Part shown: one piece after another, positions 50,511 through 62,371 of the stretch | Numbering within the stretch: position 1 is the stretch's first letter | Layout: each line of letters opens with the position of its first letter | From: Octopus bimaculoides | Lineage: Eukaryota | Assembly (NCBI RefSeq): GCF_001194135.2 | Contig: NC_068981.1 | Span: 22,933,091-22,997,090 of the forward strand | Reading direction: 5' to 3' | Length of the DNA stretch: 64,000 nucleotides | The notes under the pieces: model-generated | Seen by the model: only the letters and a program-made list of their open reading frames with translations | Told to the model about the DNA's origin: nothing | The model's database searches: none | Position numbers and translations under genes: made by a program

Positions 50511-52396
50511 CTAAACCAAAAAAAAACATAATTTAGAACATCATTTCTCAAAGTTTCAAACATAGATTATCATAATTTGATTGCATACAGGATATACTAC
50601 TCACCCTCCCCCAAAAAAGATTTCAGACAAAATTACCTTGGGCTCTAATTGCAAAGTAGGGCCTATTTTACTTGCTTTAGTACATTGAAAACTTATTTGC
50701 CTGAATATATGCTGTTGAAATTTGTGTGCGTCTAATAAGCTCATGAATCTTTTATGCCATTAAATTCGGTAATTATATAAAGGCATGGACTTAGTGGTTA
50801 GAGTATTTGGATCACAACTGGAAGGTTGTGAGTTCAATTCCCAGCAATACGTTGTGTCCTTGAGCAAGACACTTTACTTCACGTTGCTCCAGTCCACTCA
50901 GCTGGCAAAAATGAGTAGTACCTGTACTTCAAAGGGTCAGCCTTGTCACATTCTGTGTCATACAGAATCTCCTTAAGAACTATATTAAGGTTATGTGTCT
51001 GTGGAGTGCTCAGCCACTTGCACGTTAATTTCATGAGCAGGTTGTTCCATTGACTGGACCAACTGGAACACGCATCGTCGTGACCAACAGAGTACCAGTG
51101 GGGGTAATCACAGAATTTCAAAGAAAGGTGACTATTAAATGAGAATTGCAATGCTTCAACACATACACATGCTGAAGTGGCTGAGTTATAAGAGCATCAG
51201 ATAAAATGTGTTGTTTTTGTTCTGAGATTCTGCACTCTGAAGGTCAACTTTACCATTCAAACATTTTAGGTGGATATAAAAATATCCAATTCAAGCAGTG
51301 GAACTGTAAGAATGTTGGATCAAATATCTTGTGGTATTTGTCCCAGATCTTTACCCTCTTAACATGACATATTGAACGGTAGGCTTAACCTGTTGCTAGA
51401 CTGGACACCATAACTAGGCACTTTGGGTGAGGCCTTTAGCTGAGCCTAGTCTGTTGCAAGCATTCAGGCCAGGTCACTAGTGGTTTGAAGATAATTTCCT
51501 CCTTGTCTCTCTCCAATCTTGGAGACCCTGGAAAAGGTCAAGTGCATTGTCTCCCTTCCTGACTTAAACAAACAAAAACTGTAGCCGTAAAAAGATAATA
51601 TAAGCCAATAGCCACTGGGAATAGTAGTAGTGTAATAATCAGACAAGAGTCTTGTTATCATACTGTGCTGAGATCAGTTCCCATTGTTAAACAAACAAAA
51701 AGTTGTGTCAGTGTTTTTCCCCCAATCCAATCAATAACTGAATTGTCAAGTTTGACACTTTCAGCAAGCAACAGGATGTGCTCTGACAGTTTCACTTCTC
51801 CAAATACATTACATGACATACAAGCAGATAAACACACACATTTCATGCCCCAATACTTTATTGGTTATACTCTCCAGATATAAGAGAACATCAAAGAATC
51901 CTGTTTCCTTTCCTATAAATCTGAAATCTAATGCTGATATTTAAAAAGTGTAAATCAATTTATGTAGCTTTGATTTTTTTTTTTTACTTTTATTTGAAAA
52001 AAAAAAATTTTTTTCCAACACAACTTGTTTGGAATTTGTAAGCACTTTCTAAAGTTCATGGAATGATTCTACAAATAACTACAGGTTTAATATTCTGTAG
52101 AAGTTTGAAATTCTACCTAACAGGAAAGCATCGAGATCAAGCAGAAGCCACTCCTTCCCTGGTTACCACCCAGAGTCAAATGTAATACTTTGATGTGACC
52201 TACATGAACGTGAGACACAGTTAAATGAACATTAATCTGTTCTTGATCTAAGTAGACCAGAATGACTCAGCAAAAGATCTTTTCTGTTATATTGTAGGGT
52301 AGCTGTGAAAGGCCAGATTGAACCTAAAACAGAACATTTGAGCCAGATATGGCTGGTTTAAATGGTAAAGGGTTAAAGATTCTGTTGCAAACTTAC

Positions 52397-52461
52397 CAAG
52401 AGAGGAACTTTCTGAAGGATACTGGTGAAGTCTGTCAAGAGCAGCAGCACACACCTGGCAG
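52397..52461 (-). CDS. CERK: Ceramide kinase exon completing the CxxxCxxC motif, phase 2 to 1
   Basis: Acceptor ctgttttccag|C and donor TTG|gtaagt; 65 nt encoding CQVCAAALDRLHQYPSESSSL. With the previous exon it gives RCLSGCQVC, the cysteine cluster characteristic of CERK. Confidence 0.92.
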
Positions 52462-52828
52462 CTGGAAAACAGATGAAACAAAAATTTAATTTCAGCAAAG
52501 TGAAATATAAATAAATAATAATAATAATAATATAGGCACAGAAGTGGCATGGAAGTTGAGGAAAGAAACCTAGCTGTAAGTGTATCATGAGCTCTATGAT
52601 TCTCATGAAATCAGAGATTGACTTATGGCATGTAAGTGACTGAAATTACGACAGACTCCTTGAATAGGACGCCAGTCTGTCGCAGGGTCAACAGTTGTTG
52701 GAACTAATTTACAGCCAAGCAGACTGGAGCAACGTGAAATGGAGGGTTTTGATGAAGGACACAACACTCAGTTCGGGAATCAAAACTACGATCCTACAAT
52801 CATCAGTGAAACACCCTAACCCCTAGGC

Positions 52829-53474
52829 CAGTGCTACTCAAAGTGGTGGTCCGCAAGCCATCAGCTGCCAGTATGCAGCGAGTTTCCAGAAAAGAAAGAA
52901 ATGTCATAAAATGCTTGTGTAATATTGTATTATTTACTCTTTTACCTGTTTCAGTCATTTGACTGCGGCCATGCTGGAGCACCGCCTTTAGTCGAGCAAA
53001 TCGACCCCGGGACTTATTCTTTGTAAGCCTAGTACTTATTCTATCGGTCTCTTTTGCCGAACCGCTAAGTGACGGGGACATAAACACATCAGCATCGTTT
53101 GTCAAGCAATGCTAGGGGGACAAACACAGACACACAAATACACACACAAACACACACACACATATATATACGATGGGCTTCTTTCAGTTTCCGTCTACCA
53201 AATCCACTCACAAGGCTTTGGTTGGCCTGAGGCTATAGTAGAAGACATTTACCCAAGATGCCACACAGTGGGACTGAACCCGGAACAATGTTGTTGGTAA
53301 GCAAGCTACTTACCACACAGCACTCCTGCGCCTGTTTGGTTACAAAATAAATATAAGACTTTTTTTAAATGTCAACTTTTATTATATTCATTATATATAT
53401 TGTTTCCGGTATAAATTAATAATACTAAGAAATATTACAGGTTCCTGTTACATTGGTTAGTTTGAGAAGCACTG
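52829..53474. mobile_element. hAT (Charlie-like) MITE with 8-bp TSD, containing a nested SINE
   Basis: TIRs CAGTGCTACTCAAA / TTTGAGAAGCACTG. TSD CCCTAGGC at 52821-52828 and 53475-53482. Confidence 0.9.
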
Positions 53475-53567
53475 CCCTAGGCTACACATCTTCACATAAA
53501 GAATCAGGAAGAGAAAGAAAAAAAAACTTTGTGTGGTGCTGTTGTTGTTATCGTATTGATTACTTAC

Positions 53568-53673
53568 CCTGACAAACATCGAGTGTTATCCCGAGGATGG
53601 CTGTCATGAACAGTGGTAGGTAGAAAGGAGACTTCTCCCAGGTAGGATTGATTTGCTAGAAACTTCTTGAAAC
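53568..53673 (-). CDS. CERK: Ceramide kinase exon, phase 1 to 2
   Basis: Acceptor ttttcttcag|GT and donor AGG|gtaagt; 106 nt. Translates (G)FKKFLANQSYLGEVSFLPTTVHDSHPRDNTRCLS(G). Not in the ORF track. Confidence 0.93.
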
Positions 53674-56080
53674 CTGAAGAAAATTTAAAAAAAAAAAACT
53701 TTTTTTAAACAACAAAAATTCAATCAAACAATATTAACTTTTTCAATACACCTGTTCCTAAGACTGCATGGAAACTCCTGTTACCAACTCACTCATATTA
53801 AAGTGTTATTTAGATAAAAATCTCATTCTAAATATTATTACATAAATGATAAATTGAGGTTTTAATAAGTAAAGGTGTATTTCAAATACCAACATTGTAT
53901 TTGATCATGAACTCTGCTAAACAACAACCTTATGACGTCATATCTAAGGCCAATGAAAGACAGCAGAGAGAGAGAGAGAGAGAGAGAGAGAATACTACTA
54001 CTCTTTTACCTGTTTCAGTCATTTGACTGTGGCCATGCTGGAGCACCGCCTTTAGTCGAGCAAATTGACCCCAGGACTTATTCTTTGTAAGCCTAGTACT
54101 TATTCTATCGGTCTCTTTTGCCGAACCGCTAAGTGATGGGGACATAAACACACCAGCATCGGTTAAGCAATGCGAGGCAGACAAACACACACACACAAAC
54201 ACACACACACATATATATATATACATATATACGACAGGCTTCTTTCAGTTTCTGTCTACCAAATCCACTCACAAGGCTTTGGTCGGCCCGAGGCTATAGT
54301 AGAAGACACTTGCCCAAGATGCCACGCAGTGGGACTGAACCTGGAACCATGTGGTTGGTAAGCAAGCTACTTACCACACAGCCACTCCTACGCCTAGACT
54401 AGAATTTATATTTAGTTTTGTTCCTCTAAGACCCAAAGTGAAATCTAACTAGAGCTGACTTTGTCTTTAATCACTCTAAAAGTTCAATAAAATAAGTACA
54501 AGTTGGAATCAAATGAATTCTCTCTCTTTGTAAGAGTATGCCTTGTATTTAATTAATCAATTAGTCCAACCCATGCCAGCATGGAAAACAGATATTAAAC
54601 GATGATGATGAATAATGTTATATTTAAATTGAATAAAATCTCTCCTTACTCATATATGAATGTTCAGTATTGAGTAACTACCACCGACAATAACAAGGCA
54701 AACCAACATGGGAAACAACAGTCAAGTCACACATCACTATCTTAGAGAATACTTTGGATAATGTGATCTGAGATACACTGTGTCTCAATTGAAATGGCTT
54801 TGATCAGCAGTCGCATTGATCATCACTAAACTGAGATTAAACAACAACCAGGTAGTGTCAGGGATCATCACCATCATTTTTTTTTTTTGTTTAACATCTT
54901 CTTTTCCATTCTTGCATGGGTCAGATGGATTCTTTGTTGAGGCAGATTTTCTTTGATAGAATGCCCTTCCTGTTCCTGACTTTCATCTGTTTCTAAGTCA
55001 GATAATATATTTCCCCATGGCCAGACCTTTTCTCATAGAAGACTAGAAATGAACAACATTGCTTTTATGACTGATGCCCATTTACAACCATCACATGAAG
55101 TCCAGACAAGGAATCACAAGCACACACACACACACAGGGGCTTCTTTCTGTTTCTGTATACCAAATCCACTCACAAAGTTTTAGTTGGCCTGAGATTTAA
55201 GTAAACGATACTTGTCCAAGGGGCCATGCAATGGGACTGAACCCAACACCACATGATTGGGAAACCAGCTTCTTAACTATACAGCCATGCTGTATCTATA
55301 TCTCCCAATGGAGGTGGGAAAGAGAATACTGGATGAGTTCAATGAAAGATGGTGATAAAAACATACTATTTCATTAAAGCCAGAGAAGTTTTTTTTAACT
55401 ATAAGTTAATATATATATATACACACATACAGATTATGAGAATATCTGACCACTCACCCATTTAAACTAGCACTTATTTGACATATCTTTATCCATTGTT
55501 TCATTAAATTCTAACCAATTAAATAATTGACACACATCCATTCATACAATTAACACATACCCAGTTATACAATTAACACTTTTCTGTTTCAGCTCAACAG
55601 CATTTTCCATAACATAAACGAAATGAAATTAATAAAAGAAATGACATTGTGTTTCCAGTTCACTCATACAATCATCATCATCATTTAACATCCGTTTTGC
55701 TATCTGGCATGTCCCAAATGGTTTGGCAAGGACTGGTGAGCCAGAAGACTGCTTCAAACTCCAATGTTTACTTTGGCATAGTTTTTATGCCCTTCCTAAT
55801 GCCACCACATTACAGAGTGTACTGGATGATTTCTACCAGAGACAAAACACAAACAGATGACTTTCCATAGTTTTCCTAAGCTAACAGAAACATCAACCAA
55901 ATCTCCTTCAAATCACACACTAATGCCATGAAAATATGAAGGAGGGCAAGTTGGATGACATAGTCCTAGACACTGATATTGCAAAAAGGAAAACAAGTGA
56001 TAATCACAGCTGGAATGGCCCTGATTATTGGTTTTACTTGATCATTGGCACAAAGCAACAACAAATGGTAACTAAGATAT

Positions 56081-56436
56081 TGTTGGCACTCCGTCGAGGG
56101 TTCCAGTTGATCCGATCAACAAAACAGCCTGCTCGTGAAATTAACGTGCAAGTGGCTGAGCACTCCACAGACACGTGTACCCTTAATGTAGTTCTCGGGG
56201 ATATTCAGCATGACACAGTGTGACAAGGCTGACCCTTTGAATTACAGGCACAACAGAAACAGGAAGTAAGAGTGAGAGAAAGAGTACAACAGGGTTTTCC
56301 ACCACCCACTGCCAGAGCCTCGTGGAGCTTTAGGCGTTTTTGCTCAATAAACACTCACAATGCCCGGTCGGGGAATCGAAACCGCGATCCTACGACCGTG
56401 AGGCCGCTGCCCTAACCATTGGGCCATTGCGCCTCC
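56081..56436 (-). mobile_element. SINE family D, young full-length copy with TSD
   Basis: tRNA-like head GGAGGCGCAATGGCCCAATGGTTAGGGCAGCGG..GGTTTCGATTCCCC with A and B boxes. Perfect TSD GGTAACTAAGATAT at 56067-56080 and 56439-56452. Related copies at 38400-38645, 50782-51095 and 62775-63100. Confidence 0.9.
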
Positions 56437-57470
56437 ACGGTAACTAAGATATGCATTAATCATTAAAACAAATAGTTGCCTGATTTTCTTCAACACTTCA
56501 ATATCAAACAAGAACAAACACAGGCATATATGCATGACAACCTAATCTAATAGATTAAGATCTTTTTGGTTAAGAGGTTAGAGCAAGTTGGGAGTGGCAT
56601 TGCAAGTAAAACTTCCTGTTTTGCAGTGGCCAAACAAAAGTGTAAATATTTCATGTGTAACAGGTGCATAATAGTAAAATAAACAACAACAGGTTCTACC
56701 ATAGGCATGAGGCCTCACTATACCGACTACACTATTTGAATGGTACTTACTTCGTCAACACCAGAATGGTGAAAGACAAAGTCTAATCTAATGGGATTTG
56801 AACTCAGAATGTGATACAATGTCAACAATGTGGAAAGTATTATGCTCAAAGTTCTACCAACATTATCAACCTTTCACGCCTGTGAAATAGACAATGACAA
56901 TTATAGCCACAATGAGGTCTTCTGACTTTAAAGGGGAGATGGGTCCAACTCCAAAACAGGGGGCAAAAAATGGGGAGATAGGTTTAACTTCAAAACAGAG
57001 CTATAAGAAAAGGGGGAGATAGGTTTAACTTCTTCATCTGCTTTCTTTACTAGTCTCAAAATTCCTTCAATCACCAAGACCTCTCAAAATTCAATGCTTA
57101 CTGAGATATAAATCAAGAATAAGAGAGAGAGAGAGATGGAAGATAGTTGATTATGCACCGGTTTATAAGGTACACACAGATATATTACTTATGGGTTCAA
57201 TCCCATCCTACATAGCAACAACCACTGGATGATTTTTTGTTACCTGCTGCACTTGGAAACAGTGCAATACTTCACTGCAATCTACCAGTCTTGCAGATAA
57301 ATAATACTGTAGATCTTTGGTTTCAGTCTTTCAAATATCTTTAAGTTTATTCCCTCTTATGGGTAAAAACCCAAACCTTGTACATATTCATTACAAATAA
57401 CTGTTGTAATTCAACTCAAGTCTAAGAACTACTTATTTTATAATGTTTTGATAAAAAAATACAGTTGTTA

Positions 57471-58253
57471 ACTAGAAAAGCACTCGGAGAGCGCAGACTT
57501 CCGCCAAGCAGCTCATTTCCACCCATATACACGCATGGTGAAAATCGCCCAATTTCCCAAACCAACGCCGGCAAAAACATAACCTCCTTGGCAGGGGTGA
57601 AAAAAAAAATAACACAGCGATATGATTTTAAGAAAAAAAAAACCCCTTTAAAAATAGGAACCATTTGAAGCAGTTCACAACCACCAACATCATCAGCAGT
57701 ATTGTCATTGCTGCCACTTCTGCCGCATACACCGCCATCAATGTTATCATGACGGTTACCTTGACAGTCACTTTCACCACCACAACCAGTATAACCACTG
57801 CAATATCATCATCACACTACTAACACTATCATTCACACCACTATTACCACCATCACCTCAGCATCACACATCACACCGCTCCTGTCGCCATTATAACCAC
57901 CGATACTATTTTATCCTCCTCCCATACTTATCTCGACCATCGTCATCATCAACACTGTCTCTAAACAGCAACAACGCCACCATAGGTTACGTGGAAACGG
58001 TGCTTTCAAGGGAGATAATCAAAGAACGCAACATCGTAATACTTCATGTAAAGTAAATATAACAAATGAAAAATCCTTCAAGAATCCATAAAAATTCCTG
58101 GATCACTACCAAAATTTCATCATCTGTTCTTTGTGTCATTACCAACTTTTCCTGCAAGTTTCATCAAATACCGTTCACAACTTTTTGAGTTGTTTTGCAC
58201 ACAGACAGACAAACCAACACCAATGAAAAGATAACCTTCCTTGGTGGAGGTAA
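57471..58253 (+). mobile_element. Non-autonomous Helentron/DINE-like element
   Basis: Starts ACTAGAAAAGCACTCGGAGAGCGCAGACTTCCGCCAAG and ends ATAACCTTCCTTGGTGGAGGTAA, a subterminal inverted repeat plus 3' hairpin. There is an internal first 3' end at about 57600 and a central degenerate (ACC/ATC)n tract. Confidence 0.6.
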
Positions 58254-60440
58254 TTACTGGTTTCTAGCAGGCTAGTTGCTGATTTGTTGCACTTCTGATG
58301 GTGAGAGTGACAAGGGAGCATCTATGACTCAATGCAGAATAATATCTCAAGGAACTTCACTTATAAAACAGAATTATTTTGCTTTCTTTCTGATGTTTAT
58401 ATCTTTGTTGGCACAAACATAGATAAAGGACAAATACACACAGACACACCTACATATGCAATGTGTTTCTGTAAAGTATCTGTCTACCAAATTCCAAGCA
58501 CAATGTGTTGGTTAACTCAAAGCTAAAATACAAATTATAAGATGCTTGTACAGTGAGATTGAACTTGGGCCCATGCAGTTGTGAAACAAACGTCTTAGCT
58601 ACACAGCCACGTTTATGGAAACAGATTTCGTTGGTCCCTAATACAAGACATACAACGTTGCCCTTAGCAACAAAGCTAGACATTTGTTCATTTCAAACAC
58701 CTACTTTATGTGCTTGTATGCATTTGAGCATTTGCCTCTGGTGTTTCACTGTTAATATGGTCCAGCTTTGGAATTAATGCTAATTGTTGGAATAATTACC
58801 AAGAGTAACTAAATAAGGAACTAAAGAAGTTTGTCTAACTACATGTAATAATAGCAAAGAGAGATTTGTAAATATCAATATTATGTCACCTTTACTTGGT
58901 TAAAAATATGTAGCGCATATATCATTCACACTTCTATAATTGTAATAATTATATAATTATACTTCTTCCACTTCTGATAATTATATTTACTAATGACTCA
59001 TAATAGAAAGAAAATGAAAAGGAAATTAATAAAAAAAATCACGAACACAGACAAGTGTCTATCAGAAATATTGATTTGCTTTTTTTTTTTTTTTTTACAT
59101 AGTTAACAAACAATCAGAAGAACTTGTTACTTTATATTTGGCTCCGTTCCACTTACAAACCATCAAAGGGTACCAACAACATTGTTAGAAAGACCTTGGC
59201 AGAAATAGAAAGAAATCTCACAAGATCTTTCACCGAAAACTTTGTATTTTTCACTTTGAAGACAGTAGAATGGTGTAGAAACAGTGTAGAAGACACAACT
59301 TCATGGTACCAACACTGTTGTCTCATGAATATTTCTAAGTGCAAATTTCATTAGGTTCAACTCTACAGCTCTCTGCAGACAATACTAGGGAATGGTAACA
59401 GTCGTATTCATATATATATATATATATATGAATATATATTGTCCCACCCATGCTAACATGGAACTTGGATGTTAAATGATGATGATGATATATATATATA
59501 ATATATCATCATTATCATTTAACATCTAAGTTCCATACTAGCATGGGTTGGATGGTTTGACAGGATCTTATTGGCCCAAGGACTGCATTATGCTCCAGTG
59601 TCTGCTTTGGCAAGGTTTCTACAATTGGATACCCTTCTTGACTACTTTACAGCATATATTGGTGCTTCTTTCATGACACCAGGAATAACGAGGCCATCAT
59701 GCAGTTTGAGAGTTGTACAGACTTGAGTGGACAACTTTCTGCTTGGATATGAGGGACAAAAGATGGTTAGAAGCTGAATGGACAGGATGTACCTGATTTT
59801 CGTTGTTAGAATTATTCTGTTGCTCAGTTTGACACCACTAGCTGGCCCTTAGGTGGCCTTATCAAGGTCCTCACTATTGGAAGCATTTAGACAAGGTTTC
59901 ACTCTGAGAACACACTTCCCTTTCCTCCATCACTATTGCGAGCCCTGTGAAACATTAATGGCTGCTGCCCTTCCTTTTCTGACTTAGATTTTGTTTTGTA
60001 TTTTCTTAGTCCAACTTACAGTAGCTTTTCTAAGCCAGCAGAGCCAAGCAGTATCTCTAACAGTGGTGGCCATCCATCCAATACATATTTTTTCTCTGTC
60101 CCTTTACTCAGAAGGGACAGCTGTGCTCATAACTCTTTAGAGAACCTCTGAGACTGATGGGAAGGAGAGAGGAAGATCACTTGAAATGAGAACCTTTGCC
60201 CAAATGTTTGCAACAGAGTGGACTCCAGTAAAGACACCAAAGACCAGGTAATGGTGTTAAATCAACCAATGGCTTAAGTAGAGGCCATGACAAGATTTGA
60301 ACTCAGAACTTAAAAAGGCAGAACAAACACCACAAGTCAGCCATCTGATGCTCTAACATTTCTGCCTTAGTAAGATTTGAACTCAGGATGTGGAAAAAAC
60401 AACAGCAATACTGAGAATCAATATTAAAAACAGGATTTAC

Positions 60441-60593
60441 CTGACCAATTATATCGCTTGGTACCCATCCATCGGAATTTTTCACTGTCTGCAAGAACAT
60501 CACCATAATAACCATAACCAACCAATGAAACACTATAGCGTACAAGCTGGTCCCTTTGGTATATAGAACAGCAGTCTATATTCATGGAGTCTC
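60441..60593 (-). CDS. CERK: Ceramide kinase exon (DAG-kinase-like catalytic region), phase 1 to 1
   Basis: Acceptor ttattattag|GA and donor TCAG|gtaaat. Translates (G)DSMNIDCCSIYQRDQLVRYSVSLVGYGYYGDVLADSEKFRWMGTKRYNWS, matching CERK RYSVSLLGYGFYGD..DSEK.RW.G..RY. Confidence 0.95.
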
Positions 60594-61559
60594 CTAATAA
60601 TAATAATATAAAAAGACAAAAAAACACAAATAGTTTTTAGTTTTTCATTGCAAAAGAGTATTAAATATTAATACAGTTAATATCAATAAATGAATGCAGT
60701 TAATATTAATAAATCAATATTTATTTTTGTATTAAATTAAATCATTAATTGCATAGTGAAAAGCAAGAATCAAAATGATGACCTGAATATCTATTCTTAA
60801 TACGTTCTGACAAATTTAAATACAAATATGTTAACAGCTGTTGCATTCATAAAACACTTGATTCATAAGTGCATTAGAGTATTGAATTAAGTGACAAACT
60901 GCATTCAGTTATGCGAAAGCGAAATCGTGATGGCAACTGTACCAGTAGATCACTAAGAGCACCATCCAAGCGTGATTGTTGCCAGAGCACCAGCTATCTG
61001 GCTTCCGTACCGGTGGCATGTAAATAGCAACATTTGAGCATTATCGTTACCAGTGAAAAAATATTCGAGCGAGTTTGTTGCCAGTGCCGCTGGACTGGCT
61101 CCTGTGCAGGTGGTGTGTAAAATACACCATTTCGAGCATGGCCGTTGCCAGTACCTCCTGACTGGCCTTCGTGCCAGTGGCACGTAATAGCAACCACTAC
61201 ACTCTCGGAGTGGTTGGCGTTAGGAAGGGCATCCAGCTATAGAAACTCTGCCAAATCAGATTGGAGCCTGGTGTAGCCCTCTGGTTCACCAGTCCTCAGT
61301 CAAATCGTCCAACCCATGCTAGCATGGAAAGCGGATGTTAAACAACAATGATGACGATGATGAAAATTCGCTTACAGCTCAATCAAGTTGAACCCTAATT
61401 CCACCTCTGACAAAAACGTTAACACTTGTTAATGACATGACTACTACTTTTGGAAACTAAGCAACGTAAGCATTTATATTTTGTGTCCACAAGCAACAAT
61501 AAATTAAACTGACTATAAGAATACAGAAACATGTTGTAGCTAAAATTATTATTGGCAAT

Positions 61560-61883
61560 AACAAAGACTTGGAAATAGAGGTAACTCGAATGTGGAGTCT
61601 AAAACCAGAAAAAATTCCTATCATAGTGGGCACATTAAGTATGATAAAAAAATATTCAGACAAATACATAACAAAAACACCAGGACTTACAAATATATAT
61701 AACATACAGAAAATAGCACTACTAGGCACTGCACACATCCTACATAAAACGTTTTCAATACAGTAACCATAAGAGCATCACAGCAAACCACAGCACATAC
61801 CCAAGGCACACAGAGCTGTACTCAGTAGTGCAGTGAAAGCACGTGATAAAAATAAGACTACTTATTATAATAATAATAATAAT
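61560..61883 (+). mobile_element. 3' end of a second R4/Dong-clade LINE family with (TAA)n tail
   Basis: Translates KDLEIEVTRMWSLKPEKIPIIVGTLSMIKK...IQKIALLGTAHILHKTFSIQ*, followed by a 3' UTR and (TAA)n. The UTR is unrelated to that of the 6.6-kb copy. Confidence 0.8.
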
Positions 61884-62334
61884 CCTTTCTACTATAGGCA
61901 CATGGCCTGATATTGGTGTTTTTTACGTGCCACCTACAAAGAGCCAGTCCATCGGCACTAGCAACGACCTCGCTCGAATGTTTTTTCATGTGCCAGTAAG
62001 GCGACACTGGTAACGATCATGCTATCATCTTAAATTATAAAAATAGATAGATACAGAGAAAGGATATAATAGATAGTCTTAGATACACTATGTTTGAAAA
62101 AAAAATATGGAGTGGTCATAAGTGGAATGTTTTCGATCATAAATCTATTTTGTTAGGACTGATCTGAGACTAAACAACAACAACAACAACCTTATTCATT
62201 GAAAAGAAATTAAATATGTTTTTTATCTCAGGCTTCTGTTAGGAAACTAATCAGCTAATTTCCATTCAAATGAAATCCTTGTGTTCGCTAAATTTATAAA
62301 TAGTCTTGAACATTTATTCTATGTAAACTATTCC

Positions 62335-62371
<37 letters not shown>

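Noticed and set aside
51658-51846. Cys-containing minus ORF in a CERK intron (possible extra exon)
   Set aside because: Neighbouring exons join in frame without it, and no convincing splice sites or CERK similarity were found.
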